DNA of 42,304 nucleotides, taken from the IMG/VR virus record IMGVR_UViG_2734482773_000007; one strand, given 5' to 3'. The stretch comes from a virus. Its lineage: Duplodnaviria; Heunggongvirae; Uroviricota; Caudoviricetes. A program made the position numbers and the translations under genes. Below the pieces are notes generated by a model that ran no database searches, was not told the DNA's origin, and saw only the letters and a program-made list of their open reading frames with translations. Numbering within the stretch: position 1 is the first letter of the stretch; each line of letters opens with the position of its first letter. Shown in pieces: positions 1-9,708 of the stretch.

Positions 1-270
<270 letters not shown>

Positions 271-469
271 TTACCGTTAAATCATTTTAAAATCAGTAAG
301 TTGTATCGAGTTTATATGCTTTACTGTCATTAACTTACTGTATGTTGATCCAGTGTATTTAACCTTGATAAACTCAGTCCAGCAACACAAAACCGCAACA
401 CATTGCATTTTGTCCCGTAGAAAAGACTTGTATGTGTGAGCTTGTTTTCTGCGCCTACGCAGATAAGGA

Positions 470-1873
470 TTGAGAATGCCGCGCACTGTAACACATAATC
501 CGGATAGCCCCAATAATGACGATGTTTTAGCCGCATCTGAAAAATGGGACGCCTGTAAACCCCCCTATACCAGCGCACACATGAAAATCTGTGTTGCTGC
601 CGCCAAAATCATCCTCGCTGCTTCCGGTGTGGCTCGCCGTTCCAAATACGAAAAAGAGAACTATCTCCGTATCGATTTCAGCAAAGCCGGTAAGGTTACA
701 TTTTACGCCGAGTTTCCAAAAAAGATGGGCCTCAAAGGTAAAAAGCTCGGCGAGTGGCCGGAGCTCGCTATCCAGCTGGCGCGCGAAAAAGCACTAGGTA
801 TGGCTGACGGTGGACTGCGGGCAGAGTCCGTACATGCAGCGCTGGAAATGTACCGGGATGACCTCAAAGCCAAAGTAGCCCGGCAGAAGCTGAGCCCGGA
901 CAGTTTCACAACCTACGGGGTGCGTATCGACCGGATTAAAGCAACGTTCGGCGAGCGCGAGGTGTTCAGCGACGTAACATACAGTCGGCTGGTGGAAGTG
1001 CTGGACGAGTGGATCGCCACTCGCTCGAACAATAACGCCCTGGAGTTGTTTGCCGAGCTCCGTCGGTTCTGGAAGTTCTGCGCACCTACTCTTTGCAACG
1101 GCCGCAATGTTGCCGCCAGTTTGCCAGATGATTATGTTTCCTCCCGCGTACAGAAACCCACCCCCACACGGCTTTTTACCGATATTGAATCAATCGCCCG
1201 ACTCTGGCTCAATGTTGCTGCCTGCACCTCTGTACACCAGAAGAATGCTGTTCGCTTCATGATCATCACTGGCGTTCGTCCGATTAATGTCCATAACCTG
1301 CGCTGGGACTACGTTCACGAGGAGGCTGGTGAAATTGTTTATCCGGAAGGGGTTATCGGCATGCGAGGGGCTATGAAAACACAAAAGGCTTTCCGGCTGC
1401 CGATAACGCCTGAGATCCGGCGGATTATCGACGAGCAGAAAGCCTGGCGTGATTCAGTTCCTGAGTGCAACAGGGATTATGTATTTTTGCAGCCACGTGA
1501 TCCAATGCAGCCATTTTCAAAACGATCACTGGATAAGCTGGTGAAAACATACAGCCCGGACGGGGCTGTAAAAGGAATAAAACATGATGGGACTGTTAAA
1601 GGGAAAGACGGTGCATTTAATACGATGTGCCGTAAATTCCTTAAGAGCAATGTTATTGCCTTGATGAAGGAAAGAGGCTATTCCCGCTCAGACCGAAGGG
1701 AAATCAGCCTCCTTTGCCTTCACCACTCCAGCAAGTCAGATGACCCGATGGCAGAACATTACGACTTTTCTGATGAGATTTTACAGGAAGAGATTGCGTT
1801 GAAGCGCGAAGCTTTCGAGGCTCACGAGCGGAGCATACTTGCGCAGGTGGCATTGCTACGGCGGCGAGGTTAA
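470..1873 (+). CDS. phage integrase, tyrosine recombinase family
   Basis: 467-aa ORF at the prophage edge next to a host gene and divergent from a Xis/AlpA-like gene; segment ITGVRPINVHNLRWDYV resembles box I (TGxR...L.W.D.D) of tyrosine recombinases. True start may be an internal Met. Confidence 0.7.
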   Translation: MRMPRTVTHNPDSPNNDDVLAASEKWDACKPPYTSAHMKICVAAAKIILAASGVARRSKYEKENYLRIDFSKAGKVTFYAEFPKKMGLKGKKLGEWPELAIQLAREKALGMADGGLRAESVHAALEMYRDDLKAKVARQKLSPDSFTTYGVRIDRIKATFGEREVFSDVTYSRLVEVLDEWIATRSNNNALELFAELRRFWKFCAPTLCNGRNVAASLPDDYVSSRVQKPTPTRLFTDIESIARLWLNVAACTSVHQKNAVRFMIITGVRPINVHNLRWDYVHEEAGEIVYPEGVIGMRGAMKTQKAFRLPITPEIRRIIDEQKAWRDSVPECNRDYVFLQPRDPMQPFSKRSLDKLVKTYSPDGAVKGIKHDGTVKGKDGAFNTMCRKFLKSNVIALMKERGYSRSDRREISLLCLHHSSKSDDPMAEHYDFSDEILQEEIALKREAFEAHERSILAQVALLRRRG

Positions 1874-2070
1874 TACCGGCTGCGACATTTTTGAATGAAA
1901 GCGTCGACATTTCGGCGCTCATAACGAACTACTTTTGCACTGAAACGAATTGGTGCCAGGATAGCCCGATGACGATGCTTAATATTCCACTCACATAGCG
2001 TTTTCTGTGTAATACCTAACTTTTGGCATACTTCATCCGGGGTGAGTAAATCGTCGGGTTTCTCGCTCAT
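1870..2070 (-). CDS. AlpA/excisionase-family small DNA-binding protein (putative Xis)
   Basis: 66-aa ORF, 4-bp overlap with the helicase gene, position next to int; LTPDEVCQKLGITQKTLCEW looks like a MerR/Xis-type helix-turn-helix. Confidence 0.6.
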   Translation of the reverse strand: MSEKPDDLLTPDEVCQKLGITQKTLCEWNIKHRHRAILAPIRFSAKVVRYERRNVDAFIQKCRSRY

Positions 2071-3461
2071 GCTATACCTCTCTTTTTCATGGCATCGAGC
2101 AGGATGTCCTGCACTGTTCGTTTTGAGTTGCGCCGCTCCATCACCATTTCGTCCATAGTGTCGGCAGCAATAATGTGGTGAATAAATACCGGACGATTGT
2201 GTCCGGCCTGTATCTGTCTGGTTGGGCCGATACGTTCAATAATTTGCTGATACTGCTCCAGGTCCCACCAGTGTGAGAAAAATACCAGTATGTTTCCGCC
2301 GTCCTGCATGTTCAGACCGTGGCCCGCGCTGGCTGGGTGTGCAAAGAGAACAGGAATCTTTCCGGAATTCCAGTCACGTAGTGTCTGTGGATCTTGGTCG
2401 AGGTGACGACCGCGAGGAAATGCTTTAAGCAAGCGTTCAAGATCGTGTTTCCAGTGATAAGCAACCAGCACAGGTGCGCCAGCTGCTTCGGTCAATATGC
2501 TGTCCAGCGCCTGTAGTTTGGTGTCATGCAGTTCTGACCAACTTCCGGCGTCGTCTGTGTATACTGCGCCACTGGCGATTTGCAGACACTTCAGTGTCTT
2601 TGCCGCGGCGTTCGGTGCTTCGATGCCTTCGCCATTCAGCTCGAGGAACATTTCCTTTTCCATTTCACGATACTGCTGACGGGCCTTCGGCGGCATATCC
2701 ACGCGGATTACGTTATGGATGGGGGCTTTGATATCGAACCAGTCGGCCGCATCCAGCGAGAGGGTCACATCGGCTAATGCTCGCTGTATTTCAGCCTGTG
2801 AGTGAGCAAACGGCTCCAGTTTGGTCCAGCTCTGCCCTGGAAACTGTATCGAGTTGAACCAGCGTGAGGTAAACGCGCCGTAAGTGCGTCCGAGACGTTG
2901 CCCCTGGTCCACAAACCACGCTTGTCCCCACAAATCTACCAGGCCGTTCGGTGCTGGCGTACCGGTGAGATTTATCCAGCGCCGGACATACTTATGCGCC
3001 ACTTTGCCCAGCGCCGCCGCGCGCTTACCACCACCTCGCAGCCGGAAGGATTTTAGCCGGGTGCTTTCATCCGGAATGACAGTACCGAACGGCCATCGTT
3101 CTCCCAATTCTTCAACCAGCCAGACAAGGTTATCGTAGTTGATGGTGAACACGCTTGCGTTGCTGTTCGCCAGCGCCGTAGAGCGCGCTTTGGCATTACC
3201 AACAATCGGCTGTACCTCGATATTGCGCAGATGCTTCCATTTCAGCGCTTCATCCGGCCATGTGCTTGCTACAACGCGTAGCGGCGCGAGGACCAGTGCG
3301 GGGCGTGTTTCTGCCCCTGCCATAAAGAGATCTTCCAGCGTAGTGAGCGTTGCCACGGTTTTACCCATCCCCATCCCTGCCCAGATGTTGCCGCGCAGGG
3401 TTTCGGTTTCGTGGTTGATAATGAGATCTTGGTAGGGGCGAGGTATATATTTTTGGGGCAT
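2067..3461 (-). CDS. SNF2-family DEAD/DEAH-box helicase
   Basis: 464 aa; Walker A GMGMGKT near N-terminus, DEST (DExx-like) motif, C-terminal helicase motifs; RBS GGAGCC 7 nt upstream of ATG. Confidence 0.85.
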   Translation of the reverse strand: MPQKYIPRPYQDLIINHETETLRGNIWAGMGMGKTVATLTTLEDLFMAGAETRPALVLAPLRVVASTWPDEALKWKHLRNIEVQPIVGNAKARSTALANSNASVFTINYDNLVWLVEELGERWPFGTVIPDESTRLKSFRLRGGGKRAAALGKVAHKYVRRWINLTGTPAPNGLVDLWGQAWFVDQGQRLGRTYGAFTSRWFNSIQFPGQSWTKLEPFAHSQAEIQRALADVTLSLDAADWFDIKAPIHNVIRVDMPPKARQQYREMEKEMFLELNGEGIEAPNAAAKTLKCLQIASGAVYTDDAGSWSELHDTKLQALDSILTEAAGAPVLVAYHWKHDLERLLKAFPRGRHLDQDPQTLRDWNSGKIPVLFAHPASAGHGLNMQDGGNILVFFSHWWDLEQYQQIIERIGPTRQIQAGHNRPVFIHHIIAADTMDEMVMERRNSKRTVQDILLDAMKKRGIA

Positions 3462-3477
3462 ATAATATGGCTCCTAA

Positions 3478-3511
3478 ACAACAAAAGGCCAATTTAGGCC
3501 TTTTGTTGTTT
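3478..3511. terminator. perfect 14-bp-arm palindrome (AACAACAAAAGGCC-N6-GGCCTTTTGTTGTT), possible bidirectional terminator
   Basis: Read directly; GGCC core stem followed by U-rich arm on both strands; sits immediately downstream of the AT-rich gene 3525..4442 and upstream of the helicase RBS. Confidence 0.45.
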
Positions 3512-3524
3512 TAAAAAATGTTAT

Positions 3525-4442
3525 TTATAATAGTGCTGTTACTATTGCATCTTTAAAAATATTTTCTTCTTCATTTATTAAAGGTGATGACAGATGAATA
3601 ATTACTTCTTTTCCTGTCAATACTATTTGCTCGACTTGAAATCCTGCGTTGTGTAGTCTTTGGCGTAACTTTTCTAGTGCTGATTTTGATATACTAAATC
3701 CTTCACTCCTTATAGTATAACTGGCAACTCCATTTTTAATAATATCTACAGAGTTGTCAATTTCCTGCTGCGAGTAATTTTTCGGTGAGTCGAAAAATCT
3801 GGATTTTGTCGTTGCTGTTGCCCTAAGAGATATCAATAATGATTTGATATCTTTAATCTCAGATGCCAGATACTCAGTTTCTGATACTTCTTTCTGGTCT
3901 AGTTGTGCAACTTTGAAAGTGCCAAAATGTTTGAGGAATGTTGTGTATTCAGGATCAGTTACTGACTTTAAATATGTTTCTTTTATCTTGCTCGCAAGTC
4001 TTTCTTTGAATAAATTGATTGATTGGTATCTTAAATCCGAAGGGTACTCTAAATGTTCAATTGATGAAATGTCAAAGCTATAAGGAGTGCGCTCGTCCTT
4101 AATAATTACGGTCGGTTTGTCAAATGCGAGACGCATTCCTAATTCAAACATTACATTAGCGTTTCGAGCACTTATATCGCAAACAACTATGGGGTTTTCA
4201 TAAAGATTTTGAACAATTCGTTTTTGTATTACTGCAACATCATCATCTGAACTTACCAAATTTGCCTTGAATCCGGCATCATTTGATGCTTCACAAATAA
4301 TGTCATGAACATTTCTCCAATGTCCAGTGGGATAACCTTCTATGTCCGCAATTGGCATAATAATGCCGCATATATGAGGTGGCATATTTTTGTTGTCTTT
4401 TACATCATCTTGGTTTATTTCTTTCGTTTGTTGCTTAGCCAT
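3525..4442 (-). CDS. AT-rich accessory protein: N-terminal TIR-like/ThsB-like domain plus ~170-aa C-terminal domain of unknown function
   Basis: 305 aa; codon usage visibly AT-rich versus neighbours; N-terminal pattern IIMPIADIEG ... NPIVVCDISARNANVMFELGMRLAFDKPTVII resembles the beta-strand / N-V-x-x-E-x-G core of TIR-like (ThsB/DUF1863-type) folds; RBS AGGAGT upstream. Confidence 0.5.
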   Translation of the reverse strand: MAKQQTKEINQDDVKDNKNMPPHICGIIMPIADIEGYPTGHWRNVHDIICEASNDAGFKANLVSSDDDVAVIQKRIVQNLYENPIVVCDISARNANVMFELGMRLAFDKPTVIIKDERTPYSFDISSIEHLEYPSDLRYQSINLFKERLASKIKETYLKSVTDPEYTTFLKHFGTFKVAQLDQKEVSETEYLASEIKDIKSLLISLRATATTKSRFFDSPKNYSQQEIDNSVDIIKNGVASYTIRSEGFSISKSALEKLRQRLHNAGFQVEQIVLTGKEVIIHLSSPLINEEENIFKDAIVTALL

Positions 4443-4457
4443 AGCTTACACAGACTC

Positions 4458-4742
4458 CTATTGTAATTTTTTGCCTAATATACATGAAAGCTCCTTACTA
4501 TCCAGTACTACCACGGTAAAGCCCAGTTTTCGCAGACGTTCATGCTCGCGCAACTGATCAGGTCGTGGTGGTTTGCCTGGTGCTTTGCATTCGACAAAAA
4601 CGATGCGACCGCCGGGTAGCAGAACAATGCGATCTGGTACCGAGCGGAGACCGGGAGATACGAACTTAAAGGCAACCCCGCCAGCCTTTTTTACTTCAGC
4701 GACGAGGTGCTTTTCGATTAGGTTTTCACGTTCATAGGCCAT
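4458..4742 (-). CDS. VRR-NUC domain nuclease
   Basis: 94 aa; PD-(D/E)xK-like core (VLLPGGRIVFVECKAPG); VRR-NUC commonly accompanies SNF2 helicases in phage replication modules. Confidence 0.75.
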   Translation of the reverse strand: MAYERENLIEKHLVAEVKKAGGVAFKFVSPGLRSVPDRIVLLPGGRIVFVECKAPGKPPRPDQLREHERLRKLGFTVVVLDSKELSCILGKKLQ

Positions 4743-4936
4743 TAGCTTTCGCCTTCCTGCTTTTTGCGTTTCTTCATGCAGATAGCGCAGTTCTCAGGAT
4801 GGTCATGCCATTCGTCAATCCTGATACCTGTGAACATCCATTTTCCGCATAGTGATATGGCTTCCCCCGAATTAAAGAAATGTGCTTTTTTCGACAGGGC
4901 GGGGAGCCCCCAACCTTTATTATCGATATTAGACAT
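4742..4936 (-). CDS. small hypothetical phage protein (Cys/His-containing)
   Basis: 64-aa ORF, 1-nt overlap with VRR-NUC start suggests translational coupling; contains HDHPENCAIC. Confidence 0.45.
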   Translation of the reverse strand: MSNIDNKGWGLPALSKKAHFFNSGEAISLCGKWMFTGIRIDEWHDHPENCAICMKKRKKQEGES

Positions 4937-5120
4937 CGTCCACCTCCTTACGCTTTTCGCGCATGTTCTGCATCAGACAAAAATCAAACCGACGTTCGCT
5001 TTGGCCCAGACCTGCATCGCCCGGTCGTACCCGCTGGACTGTTCAAGGCGCAAAGCCTCCCGCGCAGTCCGGTAATAAAGCGGACTGTCCCGGTATTTAA
5101 ATGACATAGGGTTTTTATTC

Positions 5121-5147
5121 CCAAATAAAAAACCCCGCGATGCAGGG
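5121..5147 (-). terminator. rho-independent terminator downstream of 5172..5933
   Basis: On the minus-strand RNA: CCCUGC-AUC-GCGGGG stem-loop (one G-U pair) followed by UUUUUUAUUU; 25 nt past the stop codon. Confidence 0.55.
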
Positions 5148-5171
5148 TTGTAATCAACAATAAGGGGGTAA

Positions 5172-5933
5172 TTACGAGGAAGCGTTAGCTATTTGAGCTT
5201 GTGTAAATTCGAAACCAGAATTTTGTAACCGTTGCACTAGACGAGGAACTGTTTCACGTACATGGTCGTTGAAATTCAGATACAAAATCCCGTTAGCATC
5301 AGAAGGCTGTTCTAGGTGCTGTTTCTGAAGGATTGCTACATTGCTGCGCCCTAAGGACGAAAGAAGCATACCCATCTCGAGTACAACGTTCTGTCTTGCG
5401 CGGGGTTGGATTTCTGCTTCACCGGCGCGCTTTGAGTATCCCATATCATCAGGTGTCAAAAGAACAATCCCGAAACGGGTAGCAGTTTGTCCTTGCCCAA
5501 TTTCACGTTCAAGCTCTTCAATAATGGTGAGTCCAGTCCCTCCCGTATTCTGCAAAATGAAATGGTCTGGTAATCCAAGTTTATGAAGGATTAGCTCAAG
5601 TTGCTCCTTTGCAGTATGGTCATGGCCGTGAACAATGAATATCTTTTTGGGGAGCTCAGATGGCTGTTCTACGGCTAGTGGTGTTGCCGTGGGTGGCGTT
5701 CCTAAATGGGTCATTATTGCAGTTTCAACATTGGGACGTTCTTGAGGGTTACCTTGAAACTGAATGGTCCGGGTGGTGTAAAGGTTAACAATTACGCCAT
5801 TCGTTAAACGATAGCAGTCACAAGTCTCACGCTGTTCGTGGGAAAAATTGGTGAACCCACACTCCCTCAAAAAGTCAGGAAAAGTTTCTCTCGGGTATGG
5901 ATAGGTGATCGGCATTTCAGTTAGTTCCTGCAT
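5172..5933 (-). CDS. two-domain accessory protein: N-terminal unknown domain plus C-terminal TIR-like domain (candidate anti-phage effector)
   Basis: 253 aa; C-terminal half KIFIVHGHDHTAKEQLELILHKLGL ... RFGIVLLTPDD ... ARQNVVLEMGMLLSSLGRSNVAIL matches what I recall as the TIR-like 'predicted nucleotide-binding' family signature (VFIVHG start, NV..E.G core); own terminator downstream. Confidence 0.55.
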   Translation of the reverse strand: MQELTEMPITYPYPRETFPDFLRECGFTNFSHEQRETCDCYRLTNGVIVNLYTTRTIQFQGNPQERPNVETAIMTHLGTPPTATPLAVEQPSELPKKIFIVHGHDHTAKEQLELILHKLGLPDHFILQNTGGTGLTIIEELEREIGQGQTATRFGIVLLTPDDMGYSKRAGEAEIQPRARQNVVLEMGMLLSSLGRSNVAILQKQHLEQPSDANGILYLNFNDHVRETVPRLVQRLQNSGFEFTQAQIANASS

Positions 5934-5997
5934 AAGTATTGTTCCTTTAATTTACTCGAATTCAGCATGTCGCCATAGCTCGATAAGGTGAGTTATA

Positions 5998-8061
5998 TCA
6001 ATCTTTTTTGTAGTGGTACGCCTCAAAACCGCCAGCGTTCAGTGGGATATCGGGCGCCCATTCGGGGTCAGTGGAGAGAAGCGCGGAAAGCGCTTTATCG
6101 TTGAAATCTTCTGTGTCAGGTGCTTCGGTGATCACCTCGTCGTGTACCGTCAGCACAATGCTGTAACCGGCATCTTCGATAAGCGGTATGTTTCCGGCCA
6201 GAACGTCGCGGGCGGCCGCCTGGGTGACGTTCTCCACCAGCTTTCCGCCGTAGGTTTTGAGTCGTTGCCATTTACGCGAATAAGAGTTAACACCCATGTA
6301 GGTGATATTCCCTTGTTCGATAACCGGAGACGGGTAGCATACAGCGCGTCCGGATGGTAGCTGTATGCGCAGCCACGCGCCATCGCGGCGGATTTTAAGA
6401 TAACCGCAATACAATGTTTTTTGCGGTGTGGCGATTGCAGTGCGGACGGTGCGCTCCAGTTCGTACCAGAAATCGCAGGTCGCCGGGTGCGCCCTGCGCC
6501 AGAGACGTTTAAGTGAGTCGCAGGCGATAAATACCCGTTCAGAAAGCCCGTAGGTTGACTTGCGTTTAACCGATTCGTCGTACCAGCTTTTCGCCTCGCG
6601 GATAACATCGCGGGGAATGTTTGGCAGTGCGGCGTTCGCCAGCTCGTCGAGATCGAGACCGTAAACCAGCGCAAAAGTGATGAAAGCCGATACACCACCA
6701 CCATAACCCAGACCGAGCTCCATGACTTTACCGATCTGACGCATGTGTTTATCAACATCATTTGGTGCAATATCGAAAGCTTTTGCATACGCCAGTTTAT
6801 ATAAGTCCGGACCCGTTCCGGCGTCGTACTCTCTGAATGCATTCAGTTTCCATTCTTCTCCCGCCAGCCATGCCAGCATACGGCCTTCAATGTTCGACAA
6901 GTCACTTACCACCAGCTTTTTGCCTGTTGGCGCGATAATGCAGCCACGTAACGCTGAACTGGTTAGTTCCATGATATTGTCAAACAGCAGGTCTGCACAT
7001 CCGGCTTTCAGTGCTTCGATGCCTTCGTCTATTTGTTCCTGTTTTAGTGAAGGGCGGGGAAGGTTCTGGGGCTGGAATAGCCGTCCGGCCCAACGACCGG
7101 TACGTGACGCCCCGCAGAACTGTAGCGTACCGCGTAAGCGCCCGTCGTGGCTTACGCCTTTCATCAGTGCCTTGTATTTACTGGTGCTGGTAGTACTGGC
7201 CTGCAGGCGGATAGCCAGCAGTTCTTTCACGGCAGATGGTAAATCGGGGTCGGCAATACGACGTTCCAGAGTACTGCGTTGCATGTCTGGTAGCTCCACA
7301 CCGTAGGATTCAACAATGTGCTTAATCAACGCGTCTCGTTGTGTGGCTGCCTGCACTTCGCCATCAGTCATTTCCTGTGTACGCTTTGCCAGGCGCTTTT
7401 GTTCCTGGTCTACCGCATCGATCGCAGCGCGTGCGAGTTCCACGTCCATGCAGACGCCCCGGTCGTTGATCTGCTGATCACGATGCCAGAGCGCCAGTTC
7501 TGTCCCCTGATAATTCCACTTCGGCAGACGTTTATAGACTTCGCGCATTGCCTCGATATCCAGTCCGGCGTAAGCAACAAAGCGCCGCCATTCTTCCGGG
7601 TGGGTTTTGCTGGTGGCCCGGCGCAGTTTGCTGTTTTTCGGGCGTGGCTTACAGAACAGCTGGATCAGCGCTTTACCTTCTTTGTCCTTCGCTTTGTCTT
7701 GCGGGACGCCTAGTACTTCGCAGAGTTCCCCCAGAGACCCCGGGAGACCGTGCGCCAGCGCCTGCACCATTGTGTCGCGCCAACGTTCGATTGGCGGTGC
7801 CAGGCGCGGCATTGCATAACGCAGGACGGTGCGGTCGAAGTGAGAGTTATGGAAATAAAGCAGGGTTTCAGGGTCTGCGATTGCTTCGTATAAGCCGTGT
7901 GGAATACCACCACCGGCAGTGATATCCCACACGTTTACGGGTCCGTCGTTGATAGCCCATGCGAACAGCATCACTTCAACGCCTTCGGCATACGCATGGG
8001 TACCGTTCGTAATAGGGATTTCGCAATAGGTTTCTAGGTCACCCCATAGTATATTGGACAT
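5998..8061 (-). CDS. family-A DNA polymerase (PolA-like, with N-terminal 3'-5' exonuclease-like region)
   Basis: 687 aa; overall resemblance to phage PolA proteins; sits within helicase/nuclease/primase replication module. Confidence 0.75.
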   Translation of the reverse strand: MSNILWGDLETYCEIPITNGTHAYAEGVEVMLFAWAINDGPVNVWDITAGGGIPHGLYEAIADPETLLYFHNSHFDRTVLRYAMPRLAPPIERWRDTMVQALAHGLPGSLGELCEVLGVPQDKAKDKEGKALIQLFCKPRPKNSKLRRATSKTHPEEWRRFVAYAGLDIEAMREVYKRLPKWNYQGTELALWHRDQQINDRGVCMDVELARAAIDAVDQEQKRLAKRTQEMTDGEVQAATQRDALIKHIVESYGVELPDMQRSTLERRIADPDLPSAVKELLAIRLQASTTSTSKYKALMKGVSHDGRLRGTLQFCGASRTGRWAGRLFQPQNLPRPSLKQEQIDEGIEALKAGCADLLFDNIMELTSSALRGCIIAPTGKKLVVSDLSNIEGRMLAWLAGEEWKLNAFREYDAGTGPDLYKLAYAKAFDIAPNDVDKHMRQIGKVMELGLGYGGGVSAFITFALVYGLDLDELANAALPNIPRDVIREAKSWYDESVKRKSTYGLSERVFIACDSLKRLWRRAHPATCDFWYELERTVRTAIATPQKTLYCGYLKIRRDGAWLRIQLPSGRAVCYPSPVIEQGNITYMGVNSYSRKWQRLKTYGGKLVENVTQAAARDVLAGNIPLIEDAGYSIVLTVHDEVITEAPDTEDFNDKALSALLSTDPEWAPDIPLNAGGFEAYHYKKD

Positions 8062-8117
8062 AAAATAACCTTGTGTGATATATGGTTATGTAGGTGTAAA
8101 TAAACAAGGAGACGGCG

Positions 8118-8387
8118 GTGTTTAGCTTTGGTATCGGAATACTTTCATTGATAGGTATTATTGCTTTCCCCATTCTTTATATTTTAGGGAGAATAGTTCG
8201 GGCTGGTGGCGCATGGCTCGAACGTGAAGAAGGTCCTAAGGATCGTGTTCTTCCCAAAATTATAATTTTTGCGCTTATTGGGTTCTTTCTTGGGTGTTTG
8301 GCTCAGCCTGTATGGGACAGCATTTCGGTATGTAGAGACTATGGCAATCCAATAGGGAAATGTCTTTTTAAATTCAATGAATTTTAA
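8118..8387 (+). CDS. small membrane protein on the opposite strand (moron-like)
   Basis: 89 aa, GTG start with AAGGAG RBS 6 nt upstream; two hydrophobic segments (FGIGILSLIGIIAFPILYIL and IIIFALIGFFLGCLA); AT-rich; orientation opposite to the surrounding operon. Confidence 0.5.
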   Translation: MFSFGIGILSLIGIIAFPILYILGRIVRAGGAWLEREEGPKDRVLPKIIIFALIGFFLGCLAQPVWDSISVCRDYGNPIGKCLFKFNEF

Positions 8388-8403
8388 TTTTTAGTATTGC
8401 GGT

Positions 8404-8444
8404 AGGCTGGTTTGGATAACTATTTTCTTAAGCCAGCCTTTGTT
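8404..8444 (+). terminator. hairpin (AGGCTGG ... CCAGCCT) plus T-rich tail after the membrane-protein gene
   Basis: 7-bp perfect stem with a long 22-nt loop then TTTGTT; weak but correctly placed. Confidence 0.3.
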
Positions 8445-8454
8445 ATAAGAAATA

Positions 8455-9093
8455 TTAAGCATCTACCCCTTCGTCAGAAGGGAGGCCGATCATTTCGTTG
8501 AGAGTTTCGCGTCGTATAGCTGGCGGAAGCGGAGCAGATGGTGCATCGGCTGGCAGAAGTTCTTTAGCTTCAGGCCACTCTTCCAGCAGGCGCTTAACTG
8601 TGCGCACTTTACTGAGTGCAGCGCTGACATTCTGTCGAATGTCTGACTCATCGCTCTGTATCTGCTCATAAAGTGCATCAAACCCGTAAAACTCTGTAAC
8701 TAGAGGGTCATTTGCCAGAAGGGTAAATTCCCCCGGCGCGATTTTGTGAATATGGTCTGGTGACCCTGATTCATATCCTCGATAGTTACCGTTGAAATAG
8801 ACGGTAACCCGAGAACCTGCCAGATTCAGACACATGTAACACTCTTTCCTGATAATATTATTGGCGGTTTTTAATGCTTCGGGGAATTTTGATACCAGTG
8901 TTTCTATTTTTTTTATAATTTTTAATATTTCAGCTTCTTTCTCTACGCCCCCGATAGCTGCAAGCCGAACACGTTCGGCCCATTCAACACGAGCAGCTCG
9001 TAGTGCTGATTTACGTTTGGGGATACCCGCTTTCTCAAGTGCGTTATTGATGATTTGAGTTTTAAGGTGATTAGTTAATACGGGCTGTGACAT
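8455..9093 (-). CDS. hypothetical phage protein
   Basis: ORF extends to 9123 but GAGGGA RBS precedes the Met at 9093 (MSQPVLTN...); no recognisable motifs. Confidence 0.5.
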   Translation of the reverse strand: MSQPVLTNHLKTQIINNALEKAGIPKRKSALRAARVEWAERVRLAAIGGVEKEAEILKIIKKIETLVSKFPEALKTANNIIRKECYMCLNLAGSRVTVYFNGNYRGYESGSPDHIHKIAPGEFTLLANDPLVTEFYGFDALYEQIQSDESDIRQNVSAALSKVRTVKRLLEEWPEAKELLPADAPSAPLPPAIRRETLNEMIGLPSDEGVDA

Positions 9094-9144
9094 TATTCTT
9101 TCCCTCATGAGATACCCCAGCACGTAGCTGGGGGATGAATATTT

Positions 9145-9693
9145 TTAAATTAGTGCTTCAGCATCAGCACCTTCGCTGATATCGTCGAAATCGTCAGCGC
9201 TTGCCACTCCGCCGCCAGCGAATGCATCGCCGTCTCGCAGGAACTGGACTCCGCCGAGTGAGGCATTAATGCGTTTACCGAAATTATTGTCCTGTGCCCA
9301 GATATCGATAACGGCGTTTACATAGCACCCTGCATAGGGACGTCCATCAGCCTGAATTAGTGGCGAACGATCGCGATCAAGAACAGCTGGGCGCGCTTTG
9401 TTAGCAGCGTTCAGGAAGAAATTGCCGGGAAAGCCTTCATACTCTGCTTTTTCATCACCATCATGCAGGCACAGATTGAGTTTTTTCTCCAGCTGGTTAT
9501 AAATGGACTCCCACTTCTCCCCCCATTTTTCCTTCGCTACCTGCTTCATAGCTTTACGGATTTCTTCCAGTTGTGGGTGTTTGGGAGACATTAAAAATAC
9601 TGCGGAGAAACGCGGATCGCCTTCGCCGTTTACAGTTTTAGCTTCAAACAGAGACGGGAAGGCCAGACGAACATTGTTCAGCTTCAGTTTCAT
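9145..9693 (-). CDS. DUF2815-like phage protein (possible ssDNA-binding fold)
   Basis: 182 aa starting MKLKLNNVRLAF, which I recall as typical of the DUF2815 family found beside DUF2800 in phage replication modules. Confidence 0.5.
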   Translation of the reverse strand: MKLKLNNVRLAFPSLFEAKTVNGEGDPRFSAVFLMSPKHPQLEEIRKAMKQVAKEKWGEKWESIYNQLEKKLNLCLHDGDEKAEYEGFPGNFFLNAANKARPAVLDRDRSPLIQADGRPYAGCYVNAVIDIWAQDNNFGKRINASLGGVQFLRDGDAFAGGGVASADDFDDISEGADAEALI

Positions 9694-9708
9694 GGGGATT
9701 TCCTTAAA

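Noticed and set aside
3525-5933. Canonical Thoeris, CBASS or Pycsar system
   Set aside because: No SIR2/Macro ThsA-like gene, CD-NTase or cyclase is visible near the TIR-like genes; the neighbours are replication proteins, so a canonical described system is not supported.
6013-7922. Multiple plus-strand ORFs (6013..6360, 6743..7306, 7318..7713, 7548..7922) inside the DNA polymerase gene
   Set aside because: Antisense/shadow ORFs within a long, well-supported coding region; low-complexity Arg/Ser/Pro-rich translations.
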